The notes: generated from the letters alone by a model not told the origin. Shown: positions 29,067-38,874, counted from the first letter of the stretch. The stretch is 64,000 bases of DNA from an uncultured Acidobacteriota bacterium (GCA_963720545.1 OY970399.1:667861-731860); one strand, 5' to 3'. Numbers and translations are program-made.

Positions 29067-30340
29067 ATCAGCCCCTGGATCTCGTCGGGGTGGGTTGCCT
29101 TCAGCTGCTTGAGGGCGGCGATCAGCGCCTCGCCGTACTCGCGGCAATGGTTGAGGAAGGTTTCGGCGCGCGCGTGCGCCCAGCCGTCGGCGAACAGTGA
29201 CTTCTCCTTGTCGGTGTGCGGCACCGAGGCGCCGCCCTCGACGTGGTGCGGCGGGCGCCGCTCGTACTTGAACCCCGACATCCCCGAAAAAGCGGTGCGC
29301 AGCAGGTGGTCGATGACGCGCACGATGCGCGGCTGGTCGGAGCCGAGCAGCCGGCTGTCGGCGCGCACCGACACCTCGGTGCCCTTTTCCGTGAAGCCGA
29401 TGACGATGCCGATGGAGGTGCCTTCGATGCGCATCAGGTCGTTGGCGAGCTCCGCCACCACGTCGCGGTGCTCGGCGCGCACGAAGCCGACCGGCGCGAT
29501 GCGCACGCCGCCCACCGACATGACGTTGAGGAACGCGGTGCTGCGGTAGGCGTTCCACTCGAGCGGCACGCGGTAGTCGCGCAGCTCGTCGAGCACCTGC
29601 TTGGTGAGGTCGTCGCGCGTCAGCTTCTCGAACATGCGGAAGTCGAGCGGCGTGGCGCCGTGCAGGAGCGCGCTGGTGTCGGTGTAGATGCCGAGCGCCG
29701 CGGCTGCCCGGCCCTTCGCCCCGAGGTCGTCGAGCACGCCGAAGGCCATGGCGAGTGTTGCCATGAAGGAAGACGTGGAGCCAACCGGGATGCCGACGAA
29801 CGCAAGCTTCACTTCGCGCACGCCGTGTTCGCGGCAGTTGCGCTCCACCACCTCCGGGTCGGCGTGATGGTCGGCGACGAAAAAGAACTCGCGCGCGGGC
29901 ACGATGCCGGCGGTGTTGGTCATCCCCAGCGGCGGCGAGGTGTCGACCATGCAGTTGAGGCCGCGCGGCAGCCGCCCTTTGTTCGGGTCGTGCAGCTCGA
30001 TGCCAACTTCCTGCACCATGCCGCGGTTCTGCGGATGGCCGAGGGTGCCGGTGAGTATCCGCACCTGGCGGGCGCCGAGGCTCAGGAGGATCCGCTGCAG
30101 CACCACGGCGCTGCCGAGCGCGTCCGGATCCCCTGCCCACTGCGTGAAGATGTTGGCGCCGCGTCCACGGATGGCGCCCTGCGCGCGCTTCAGCCCGGTG
30201 TAGGCGATGTACGCCTGGCTCAGCAGCTCGATGTTGTGGCGAGTGAAGCGCTTGCCGAGGGGGGCGCCGAACTTGGCACCCACTGTCGCCGGGCTGGGCA
30301 GTCGAAGCGGCTTCTTGAGGATGGTCCCGTTACGCACCAC
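29063..30340 (-). CDS. DHH-family phosphoesterase (NrnA/DhhP-like)
   Basis: DPDALGS, VDT, ADHH, GIYTDT, EVSVR, EGGA. Confidence 0.82.
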   Translation of the reverse strand: MVRNGTILKKPLRLPSPATVGAKFGAPLGKRFTRHNIELLSQAYIAYTGLKRAQGAIRGRGANIFTQWAGDPDALGSAVVLQRILLSLGARQVRILTGTLGHPQNRGMVQEVGIELHDPNKGRLPRGLNCMVDTSPPLGMTNTAGIVPAREFFFVADHHADPEVVERNCREHGVREVKLAFVGIPVGSTSSFMATLAMAFGVLDDLGAKGRAAAALGIYTDTSALLHGATPLDFRMFEKLTRDDLTKQVLDELRDYRVPLEWNAYRSTAFLNVMSVGGVRIAPVGFVRAEHRDVVAELANDLMRIEGTSIGIVIGFTEKGTEVSVRADSRLLGSDQPRIVRVIDHLLRTAFSGMSGFKYERRPPHHVEGGASVPHTDKEKSLFADGWAHARAETFLNHCREYGEALIAALKQLKATHPDEIQGLI

Positions 30341-30499
30341 AGGGACGCCGATCCTAACACCAGCGCAAGGCCGGCCTCACCTGCGGCAGCCGGCGACCTT
30401 GGCAACCGGCCGGCCGCTCGGTCCAAGGCGTTCACGCCGGTATTTCAACAGCGCCTGCGGTGAAATCGTCACTCTAGTAGGCTTCGATCCAGCGGTCCT

Positions 30500-30575
30500 G
30501 CGCCCGTAGCTCAATGGATAGAGCACTTGGCTTCGAACCAAGGGGTTGGGGGTTCGAGTCCCTCCGGGCGCGCCA
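30500..30575 (+). tRNA. tRNA-Arg(TCG)
   Basis: GCGCCCGTAGCTCAATGGATAGAGC...GGTTCGAGTCC...GGGCGCGCCA; anticodon arm CTTGG-CTTCGAA-CCAAG. Confidence 0.95.
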
Positions 30576-30732
30576 CATGACGGCCAGTTTTAAAGCGCCG
30601 GCGGAGGCTGCTGGCTGGACCTCTTTTGTCGTAGACGGTTGCGATCGCCAGTACTAATGTCGATACACACGGCGACCTAGTTCCCGATGTGACCTCCAGA
30701 GTAGGGACGGCAGGCGCGAGCGAGGAGGCTGT

Positions 30733-32040
30733 ATGAGTTCGATACCTGTTGGTTTCGTTGGCGGTTTGATCGCGCTGGTTGCGTTGCTGCCTGGGCAGAC
30801 CGCTGAGTCAAAGGTGTCGGAGGCCGGCCAATTGATCGCTTCAGACGCGGGCATTAATGAGGGCTTTGGCACCGCGATCGCCATTGAAGGCGACGTAGCT
30901 GCTGTCGGAGCGCCAGGCGTAATCCACGACGGCCGCCGGGCGGGAGCGGTCTACCTTTTCGTCAAGCCAACAGGAGGCTGGAGTGAGAACCAGGTCGAAA
31001 GCGCCAGGCTCGAAGGTTCAGAGAGTTTTGCGGCCGGATTCTCGCCCTTGAGTTTTGGCCGGTTTATTGCGATGAGTGGCGACACGATTGTGGTCGGCGA
31101 TCCGAACATCTACCGTACTCCTCAGCAGCGAAGCGAACCGCGAGCCTATGTATTCGTCAAGCCGGCAAGCGGCTGGACTGGCACGATCAATGAGACGGCC
31201 ACGTTGCGGGCGTGGGGGGGCCACGGCGGATCTTCGCCTTCGTCCTTTGGCGGCCCGGTTGCGATCGATGGAGACACCGTGGTCATCGGCGGCAACAACG
31301 TGGACGACGGAGTTGTCTATGTCTTCCAGAAGCCCGCCGGCGGCTGGAGCGGGACGGTACACGAGCAGGTACGCCTTCACGGCAGGAGCGGCGGACCGTT
31401 CGGGGAGGGTATCGGCCTGAACGCCGTGGCCGTCCAGGGGCGCACAGTTGTGGCAAGCGCCACGGGGTTCTCGCTCGACGGCATACATGCGGCGGGTGCG
31501 GCCTACGTCTTCGAAAAGCCCCTGAGCGGCTGGCACGGAGACGTTACGCCCACGGCGCGGCTGACGACGTCGAATCCGCAACAGCTCCTGCTGGGCTGGA
31601 GCGTCGCGGTTGCGCGAGACACGGTGTTTGCGAGTCAACCGACCTTTAACCAGGGTTCGCCCGACGTTTCTCCCGGCACTGCGCATGCGTTCGTTCGGCC
31701 GCCTTCAGGATGGCAGGACACGTTGACGCCGTCGGCCACGTTTGTCGTGCCAAGCCCCCCACGGCAGTTCGGAGGATTCGGTTCAGCAGTTGCTGCAGCA
31801 GGTAACAAACTCATAGTCTTTGGCGACCAGCAACGACTAGGCGAGGCGTTCAACATCCTGCTTCGATTCGAGCGGCCCCCTCTCGGTTGGTCGGGGACAA
31901 TGACGCCAGTCGCACGCCTCTATCCCGCTGACCCTGCCGATCGGATACTCGACAGTGTCTTCTTCTCGATCGCGACCAGCGGCAGGACAACGGTTCTTGG
32001 GGATCCCGATCACGGGAAGGCCTTCGTGTTCGATCAATAA
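30733..32040 (+). CDS. Secreted FG-GAP-repeat beta-propeller protein
   Basis: SD GAGGAGG; signal peptide; repeats FG..VA..GDT.VVG...GA.YVF.KP..GW.G; more A/T-ending codons than flanks. Confidence 0.85.
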   Translation: MSSIPVGFVGGLIALVALLPGQTAESKVSEAGQLIASDAGINEGFGTAIAIEGDVAAVGAPGVIHDGRRAGAVYLFVKPTGGWSENQVESARLEGSESFAAGFSPLSFGRFIAMSGDTIVVGDPNIYRTPQQRSEPRAYVFVKPASGWTGTINETATLRAWGGHGGSSPSSFGGPVAIDGDTVVIGGNNVDDGVVYVFQKPAGGWSGTVHEQVRLHGRSGGPFGEGIGLNAVAVQGRTVVASATGFSLDGIHAAGAAYVFEKPLSGWHGDVTPTARLTTSNPQQLLLGWSVAVARDTVFASQPTFNQGSPDVSPGTAHAFVRPPSGWQDTLTPSATFVVPSPPRQFGGFGSAVAAAGNKLIVFGDQQRLGEAFNILLRFERPPLGWSGTMTPVARLYPADPADRILDSVFFSIATSGRTTVLGDPDHGKAFVFDQ

Positions 32041-32303
32041 TTTCAGACTAGACGCGCTGCTTGCTGCTCCCCAGGAGACGGCGCGAGCCTCAACAATAGG
32101 CAAGATCCTGCCCGACTTGGACGCATCTTTGCTGATTGTCCACGATCACCCGGACGGGAAGACTTGCACCCCAACGCGTGACTGTGGATAACGAACGCCC
32201 GACCCGAACAGCTAGAACGGGTCCGGGGCGGGCGAAGGCGTCCTTTGAACGAAACCTCGCCTCTGCGAGGACCCCTCCGGGTGAACTCCTTACGCAGGAC
32301 TTA

Positions 32304-32319
32304 AGCAACTGAAATGCCA
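32304..32319 (-). promoter_or_regulatory. Putative sigma54 promoter (orphan)
   Basis: TGGCAT-TTCAG-TTGCT on minus strand followed by AAGGAG, with no convincing downstream CDS. Confidence 0.5.
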
Positions 32320-32484
32320 AGGCGAACGACGCTGAAAAGCGTGGAATCGAGCCGAGAACGTTGGCCGCGACGCCCCTGGCGTGGGACATTTCTACAATGG
32401 CGAGCAGCGAGGCCTCAGAGAGTTCGCTGGTAGTGACGCTGGACATTAAGGCCTTGCCGGCAGACGACTAGCCTTCGACGAGGT

Positions 32485-33078
32485 ATGAATAAGAATCAGT
32501 TCCACGAATTGCTCTATCAAGCTTTCGAAACAGCCCGATGGAGCGTCAAGGTCTACGAAACCGCACTGCAGTGTGTGGAGAACGACGACCTTGAGAAGGC
32601 GTGGCGGGACCATTTCGATGGCTCGCGTCGGCAGGAACGCGCCCTCCAGGAAGTCTTCAAGACGCTTGCGCTGGACGAATCAGCAATGACCCGTGGGAGT
32701 GATCGTATCGGGTCCCTGGGACGGCGGTTGGTTGAAGCAATGGAAGAGGCGCTCAAGGACGGCAACTCAGCGAACGCGGAAATTGTCGCGGCGGAGTGCG
32801 TGGTCGAAATCGAAGCCAAGGCGGCTTTGTATTGGGATGTCATCGGCGAACGCGCCAAGCGCCTGGTCGGCGTAGAAGGTGCTGCCGTCAAGGCAGCGCA
32901 CGCCGAGGTAGTGGGTGAGCAACAGAAGCGCCTCTACTACACCACCGGCTGGGTCCGCGAGCTGTGGATCAGTGCGTTAGGTATGCCTGCTGTGTTGCCA
33001 CCGCCAGAGCATGAGAGACGGGTGACTTCAGCCATCGGAGCCGCTCGAGCGCGACAAAGCCGTGCGGAGATGCTCTAG
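32485..33078 (+). CDS. Ferritin-like (DUF892-like) protein, divergent paralog of 45099-45692
   Basis: Gap-free 197-aa alignment with the 45099-45692 product; SD GAGG. Confidence 0.85.
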   Translation: MNKNQFHELLYQAFETARWSVKVYETALQCVENDDLEKAWRDHFDGSRRQERALQEVFKTLALDESAMTRGSDRIGSLGRRLVEAMEEALKDGNSANAEIVAAECVVEIEAKAALYWDVIGERAKRLVGVEGAAVKAAHAEVVGEQQKRLYYTTGWVRELWISALGMPAVLPPPEHERRVTSAIGAARARQSRAEML

Positions 33079-33185
33079 GCCCACCTCTTCTTTGCCATGG
33101 ACGTTGAAATGAACCAGGTTTAGTCTCGGCACCAGGCAATTCCCACGAGACGCCGGGCATCCTCCCGACGCCGGTATTCTTCGAT

Positions 33186-33443
33186 CTAGACGTTGACGAT
33201 CGTGCCGGCCAGCCGCTCGCGATAGTGCTTGTAGATGACCGCGCCCAGGGCGGCGATGCCGCCGAGGACGATGACAGCGGCGATGACGCGGAACAGGCTG
33301 CGGAACCAGGCGTAGGCGAGGCCGAGGGCTGGCCACTGGACCCACCAATGACCCGGCGAGGTCATGAGGTTGATTGTGAACAGGAACGCCAGGATGAGCG
33401 GCGCCTTGAAGAGGAACGCGACCGCCTTGATCGTCTTCGTCAT
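33186..33443 (-). CDS. 2TM-domain small membrane protein
   Basis: LAFLFTINLMTSPGHWWVQWPALG signature; ATG at 33443. Confidence 0.75.
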   Translation of the reverse strand: MTKTIKAVAFLFKAPLILAFLFTINLMTSPGHWWVQWPALGLAYAWFRSLFRVIAAVIVLGGIAALGAVIYKHYRERLAGTIVNV

Positions 33444-33621
33444 CTGAGGGGCCCCTTGATCAGAAATACGCGTGGTACGTTGCGAAGTTCGATCCAAGGC
33501 CGCGTATCGGACATCGCCAACAATCCAAGGCTCCGGAGAGGATTGTGCCGGCCAGCGCATTGGACGCCTCCAAACTGTTGCAGCCGTGGTATTTACACAG
33601 TGAACAATGATTGGAGTACGC

Positions 33622-33637
33622 TGGCGCGAACGTTGCT
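33622..33637 (+). promoter_or_regulatory. Putative sigma54 promoter of the TonB-dependent receptor
   Basis: TGGCGC-GAACG-TTGCT about 70 nt upstream of the ATG. Confidence 0.6.
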
Positions 33638-33706
33638 CGCATTAACTTACACTTCGACTCCTTTCTTGATAACCGGGGCGTGTCGAACCCCATCTGGAGG
33701 TCACGC

Positions 33707-36631
33707 ATGAAAAAAGCAGTAGGCCTTGCTCTCCTCTGCCTACTTGCATTGATGCCTGCCGCATGGGCCCAGTCCTCAGCGATTGTGGCCGGCGTGGCAA
33801 CCGACGAATCGGGCGCGGTCCTGCCCGGTGTCACGGTCACGCTCGCAGGCGTCAACGGTACGCGCTCAGCGGTTTCGACGTCGGAAGGCGAGTATCGCTT
33901 CCTGAACGTCGATCCGGGAACCTACACCCTCAGTGCTGCGATGACGGGCTTCGGCACGATCAGCCGGTCCATCACCGTGAACCTGGCGTCAAACATCAAG
34001 TTCGACTTTCCGATGAAGGTGCGCCAGCTCGAAGAGGCGGTCACCGTCACCAGCGAACTGCCGGTCGTCGACACCAAGCGCGTCGGCACGGCCACGGTGC
34101 TCACCAATGCCGAGCTGTCGCAGACGCCGCAGTCGCGCGACCCCTGGGCGGTGTTGAAGTCCGTGCCCGGCGTGCTAGTCGATCGCGTCTCGATCGCCGG
34201 CTCCGAAGCCGGCCAGCAGTCGAGCTTCGTCGCCAAGGGGGCTTCGCCGCTCGATACGACCTACAGCATTGACGGCGTCGTCGTCACCGACACGTCGTGT
34301 GGCGGTTGCTCGCCGGCCTACTACGACTTCGACTCGTTCGAGGAAATCAAGGTCGACACCGGCGGCAACGACCTCAAGGTATCGACGGGCGGCGTTGGCC
34401 TGAACTTCATGACCAAGCGCGGCACGAACAACTTCCACGGCAACATCCACACTTTCTTCAGCCACGACAAGCTGCAGTCGGGCAACCTGCCCGACGACCT
34501 GGTCGGAGATCCGCGTCTCGCCGGCAGCGACAAGGCCCAGCACCTCGACCAGATCAACGACTATGGCGCCGACATCGGCGGCCCGATCATCAAGGACAAG
34601 CTGTGGTTCTGGGGCGCTTACGGCAAGAACGACATCCGCCTGAAGCGGCTCAACCAGACACAGGACAAGACGCTCCTCAAGATCTGGAACGCCAAGGTCA
34701 ACTGGCAGGCCACCGACAACGACATGGTGTCGTTCTTCTTCAACAACAACCTCAAGGCGAAGTTCGGCCGCTCCCCCGGACAAGCAGGCTTTGAGCCCGA
34801 CACCTACCTCTGGAACCAGGGTACGTTCTACGAAGAGGACGGCTGCGGCCTGCCATGCGGCGCGCACGGCTTGTTCAAGTTCGAAGACAACCACATCGTC
34901 AACCAGAACTTCTTCATCAACGCCAAGTACGCCTTCTTCAACTGGGGCTACGGCTTCGAGCCGCGCGGCGGCATGGACCTCGACAACGGCATCGACCTCG
35001 TCAACAACGTGGCGTATGGCTCGTCGTCTCGCTACCGCTCGTTCCGGCCCTGGCACGTTGCCAACATCGACGGCAACTACTTCAAGAGCGCCAACGGCGG
35101 CAGCCACGAATTCAAGTTTGGTTTCGGCTACCGCCGCAACCCGACCACCTCCACCACGACCTTCGCGGGATCGAGCGTTGTCGCCAAGCAGAACGACATC
35201 AACGCCGCCGGCCAGGGCATCGGCTACGCGCTGGTCTACCGCAACCGCATCGCCAAGTTCCGTGGCGAGAACCTCAGCGCCTACGTCGGCGACAGCTTCA
35301 CCAAGGGTCGGCTGACGGTGAATGCCGGGATCCGCTGGGACCGGCAGACGGCGCAGAATCTCGACAGCGACACCCCCGCGAACCCGCTCTTCCCCGAGCT
35401 GGTGCCGGCGGTGTCGATCAGGGCCAACGACCTGACGAGCATCAAGTGGAAGAACTTCTCCCCCCGGATCAGCGGCAGCCTCGCGCTCGACGACTCGCGC
35501 AAGACGGTCGTGCGGGCCTCCTACGCGCGCTACGCCGGTCAGCTCAACAACCTCGACGTCCTGAACAACAACGCCGTGGGCGCCTACTATCCGTATCTGG
35601 CGTACAACTGGGTGGACCTCAACGGCGACCATTTCGCCCAGAGGAACGAGGTGCTGGTGGGCGACGGCGTCGCCTACAACAACGTCATCGACCCGGCCAA
35701 TCCGGCCGGCTCCAGCACGCCCAACCAGGTCGATCCGAACTACAAGGCGAACGTCGATCACGAGTTCATCGTGGGAATCGACAAGGAGCTGGCGCCGAAC
35801 TTCGCCGTGAACTTCGCCTACACCTGGCGGCGCGGCAACAACATCACCGCGTGGAACCCACGCGTTGGCTTGACCGTTGACGACTACACCGCGAATGACC
35901 CCGTTACGATCAACGGCTTCACGGCACAGACGTTCTCGCCCAACCCGGATCTCGTGGCGCAGTTTGGCGGCGGCCGCACCGTTACCAACCGCCCCGACTT
36001 CCACCGCGGCTACAACGGCCTCGAGTTGAGCCTCATCAAGCGCCTGTCGAACAAGTGGATGGCGCGCGCGGCCTTCTCGTACATGAACTGGAAGGAATAC
36101 ATCGACGGCCCCAATGCCGCGCAGAATCCGACGCCTACCGAACCACGGTACGGGATCGGTATCGGCGGCCTGTCCGGACCTCTTGTGGACGGAGGTGCCT
36201 CGGCGATTCGTTCCTATGGCGACAAGGGCGACGTGTATTTCAACGCCAAGTGGCAGGTAAACGCATCCGCGCTCTACCAGCTTCCGGCGGGCTTCGAGAT
36301 CGCCGGCAACGTCTACGGACGTCAGGGTTACCCGTTCGTCACGATCCTTCGTATCCCTGCGCCTGGAGAAAGCGGTGCCTATCGCGCCCTCGCAACCGGC
36401 AAGGTAGACGACATCCGTCAAGACAACCTGTGGACGACCGACATTCGGCTAGCCAAGACCCTGAAGCTCGGACCCACAATCAACCTCGGCCTCACCGTCG
36501 ATGTGTTCAACATCTTCAACGCGAACACTGTGCTGCAGCGAACGCGTGATGCCGCATCGGACGACTACCGGACGATCCTCGAGGTGTTGAGCCCCCGGGT
36601 TGCCCGCATCGGAGTCCGGCTCGGGTTCTAG
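33707..36631 (+). CDS. Oar-like TonB-dependent receptor with N-terminal CarboxypepD_reg-like domain
   Basis: SD GGAGG; signal peptide; G...DESGAVLPGVTVT; plug TKRGTNNFHG; GGPIIKDKLWFW; C-terminal PR...GVRLGF. Confidence 0.93.
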   Translation: MKKAVGLALLCLLALMPAAWAQSSAIVAGVATDESGAVLPGVTVTLAGVNGTRSAVSTSEGEYRFLNVDPGTYTLSAAMTGFGTISRSITVNLASNIKFDFPMKVRQLEEAVTVTSELPVVDTKRVGTATVLTNAELSQTPQSRDPWAVLKSVPGVLVDRVSIAGSEAGQQSSFVAKGASPLDTTYSIDGVVVTDTSCGGCSPAYYDFDSFEEIKVDTGGNDLKVSTGGVGLNFMTKRGTNNFHGNIHTFFSHDKLQSGNLPDDLVGDPRLAGSDKAQHLDQINDYGADIGGPIIKDKLWFWGAYGKNDIRLKRLNQTQDKTLLKIWNAKVNWQATDNDMVSFFFNNNLKAKFGRSPGQAGFEPDTYLWNQGTFYEEDGCGLPCGAHGLFKFEDNHIVNQNFFINAKYAFFNWGYGFEPRGGMDLDNGIDLVNNVAYGSSSRYRSFRPWHVANIDGNYFKSANGGSHEFKFGFGYRRNPTTSTTTFAGSSVVAKQNDINAAGQGIGYALVYRNRIAKFRGENLSAYVGDSFTKGRLTVNAGIRWDRQTAQNLDSDTPANPLFPELVPAVSIRANDLTSIKWKNFSPRISGSLALDDSRKTVVRASYARYAGQLNNLDVLNNNAVGAYYPYLAYNWVDLNGDHFAQRNEVLVGDGVAYNNVIDPANPAGSSTPNQVDPNYKANVDHEFIVGIDKELAPNFAVNFAYTWRRGNNITAWNPRVGLTVDDYTANDPVTINGFTAQTFSPNPDLVAQFGGGRTVTNRPDFHRGYNGLELSLIKRLSNKWMARAAFSYMNWKEYIDGPNAAQNPTPTEPRYGIGIGGLSGPLVDGGASAIRSYGDKGDVYFNAKWQVNASALYQLPAGFEIAGNVYGRQGYPFVTILRIPAPGESGAYRALATGKVDDIRQDNLWTTDIRLAKTLKLGPTINLGLTVDVFNIFNANTVLQRTRDAASDDYRTILEVLSPRVARIGVRLGF

Positions 36632-36657
36632 CAACGTTTCGCTAGTCGCCTGACGGC

Positions 36658-36692
36658 GGGGTGGCGCGTCAAGCGCCACCCCTTTTTCTTTT
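36658..36692 (+). terminator. Rho-independent terminator
   Basis: GGGGTGGCGC-gtcaa-GCGCCACCCC followed by TTTTTCTTTT. Confidence 0.9.
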
Positions 36693-36723
36693 GGCGGGGC
36701 ACCTCGCCCGTAGAATCGTCGTC

Positions 36724-38874
36724 GTGAAGAAGAGCCAGCTCGTCGCGGCCACGGTCGTCTTGGCCGCCATCGCCGTTGCCGCGTACGCCTGGCTGCGCTT
36801 GGCGCGGCCCGGGCCGCCCAACATCCTGCTCATCACCCTCGACACCACGCGCGCCGACCGCATCGGCGCCTACGGCTATGCCGGCGCTCGCACTCCGGTG
36901 CTCGATGCGTTGGCCGCGCGCGGCGTGCGTTTTTCAATGGCGGCCGCATCGGCACCGCTCACCGGCCCCTCGCACGCGACCATCCTCACCGGGCTCTATC
37001 CGCCGCAGCACGGCGTGCGCGACAACGTGGTGTTTCCGCTCGCCGCAAGCCACCGCTCGCTTGCCACCATGCTGCGCGGCGCCGGCTACGAGACGGCGGC
37101 GTTCGTTGCCGCTTTTCCGGTGGCGAGCGCCTTCGGCTTCAGCGCCGGCTTCGACAAGTTCGACGAGTCGTTCCACGAATCGGCGGACGATTCACAGGCG
37201 GCGGAGCGGCCCGGCAACGAGGTGGCCGACGCCGCCATTGCCTGGCTCACTGGCCGCACCTCGAGCGCGCCGTTCTTCGTCTGGACTCACTTCTACGATG
37301 CGCACACGCCGTACGCGCCTCCGGCACCGTTCGCCGCCGAGTTCAAGGGCCGCGAGTACGACGGCGAGATCGCGTTTGCCGACCAGCAGGTGGGCCGTGT
37401 TCTCGACACGCTGGCGAAAGCCGGCCTGGCCGACAACACCGTCGTGGTGGTGGTCGCCGACCACGGCGAATCGCTGGGCGAGCACGGCGAATCGACACAC
37501 GCCATCCTCATCTACGAAGCCACCATCCATGTGCCGCTGATCATCGCCGGACCTGCGGTGCCGCGCGGGGAAACGGTCGCTTCGCGTGTCGGGACGGCCG
37601 ACATCGTGCCGACGGTGCTGCGCCTCGCCGGCTTGCCGGTCCCAGACGGGCTGCCGGGGCGCGACCTGCGCGCGGCGTTCGGTCAGGGGCGGCTGCAGTC
37701 GCAGCCGATCTATTCGGAGAGCATCTTCGGCCGCCTCAACTGCCGGTGGTCGGCGCTGCGGGCGTGGAGCGAGGGCGACTACAAGCTGATCCGCGGCAGC
37801 AGCGTCGAGCTCTTCGACATCGCGAACGATCCGGCGGAAGTGAAGGACCTCGCGGCGAGCGAGCCGCAGCGCGCGCAGCAGATGGGCGATGCCCTTGCGG
37901 CGGCGCTCGCAGGCATGGCCCCGGGCGGCGACGCGGCGCGCACCGTGACCGTCTCGCCGGAACAGGAGGAAAAGCTGCGCAGCCTCGGCTACATCGGCGG
38001 CGGCTCGGGCGGCGCCGGCGTTCTCGATGAACCAGGGCTTCCGGATCCCCGCACCCATGTGCAGCTGTACGAACGGATTCAGCAGCTCGCGAAGGCGTCG
38101 CGCGGTCCGCAGGCGCAGGTGGCGGTCGGGCAACTGGTCACGCTGGCGGAGCAGGATCCGGGCAACCCGTACGCGCACTTCGCCGTCGGCAACGCCGCGT
38201 ATCGCGTCGGGCTGCTGGCGCTGGCTGCAATCGCATACGACAAGGGCCTCGCGCTCGATCCCGATCGCCCGGGCGTGCGGCTCCCCTACGGCCACCTGCT
38301 CCGCGACATGGGGCGCCTCGACGAATCCGAACAGCAGCTGCGCATCGCGGTGGAGCAGACCACGGACGACGACGACCGCACGCGCATCGCGCTCGCGCGC
38401 ACGCTGATCGCGCAAAAGAAGCTCGCCGAAGCCGGCACCATCATCGACGCCGTGTTCGCGCGCGCGCCGAACCATCGCGAAGCCGCGGCGGCGCGTGGCG
38501 AGTGGCTGGTGGCGAGCGGGCGCGATGCCGAAGCGATCGCCTTCCTCGAAAAGGGCGCCGCCGGCAGCGACGATCCCATCCTCGAGATCGCGCGCCTGCA
38601 CCTGCAGGCCGGCGACAACGCCGCGGCGATCACCACCGCCGAGCGGGTGCTGGCGCGTTCGCCGGCGCATCCGTGGGCGCTGGCGCTGAAGGCGCACGCG
38701 CTCATCGCTTCGGGCCAGCGCGCCGCCGGCGTCGCCCTCCTCGAGAAGGCGCTCCTGGCGAGGCCGCGCCGGCCCGAGGCGTGGAACGCGCTGGCGGCGG
38801 CGTTCACCGCCGCCAACGACCCGCGGCGCGCCACGATGTGCCGCGCGGAAGCGGCGCGCGCGGGAGCTCTCTAG
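36724..38874 (+). CDS. Sulfatase-like hydrolase with C-terminal TPR repeats
   Basis: PNILLITLDTTRAD, PLTGPSHATILTG.YP..HGVRDN, HFYDAH.PY, ADHGE.LGEHGE..H; EKLRSLGY; TPR tail. Confidence 0.9.
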   Translation: MKKSQLVAATVVLAAIAVAAYAWLRLARPGPPNILLITLDTTRADRIGAYGYAGARTPVLDALAARGVRFSMAAASAPLTGPSHATILTGLYPPQHGVRDNVVFPLAASHRSLATMLRGAGYETAAFVAAFPVASAFGFSAGFDKFDESFHESADDSQAAERPGNEVADAAIAWLTGRTSSAPFFVWTHFYDAHTPYAPPAPFAAEFKGREYDGEIAFADQQVGRVLDTLAKAGLADNTVVVVVADHGESLGEHGESTHAILIYEATIHVPLIIAGPAVPRGETVASRVGTADIVPTVLRLAGLPVPDGLPGRDLRAAFGQGRLQSQPIYSESIFGRLNCRWSALRAWSEGDYKLIRGSSVELFDIANDPAEVKDLAASEPQRAQQMGDALAAALAGMAPGGDAARTVTVSPEQEEKLRSLGYIGGGSGGAGVLDEPGLPDPRTHVQLYERIQQLAKASRGPQAQVAVGQLVTLAEQDPGNPYAHFAVGNAAYRVGLLALAAIAYDKGLALDPDRPGVRLPYGHLLRDMGRLDESEQQLRIAVEQTTDDDDRTRIALARTLIAQKKLAEAGTIIDAVFARAPNHREAAAARGEWLVASGRDAEAIAFLEKGAAGSDDPILEIARLHLQAGDNAAAITTAERVLARSPAHPWALALKAHALIASGQRAAGVALLEKALLARPRRPEAWNALAAAFTAANDPRRATMCRAEAARAGAL

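Noticed and set aside
32273-32281. CCCTCCGGG matching the tRNA-Arg(TCG) 3' region as an attR
   Set aside because: Only about 9 bp in GC-rich DNA; consistent with chance
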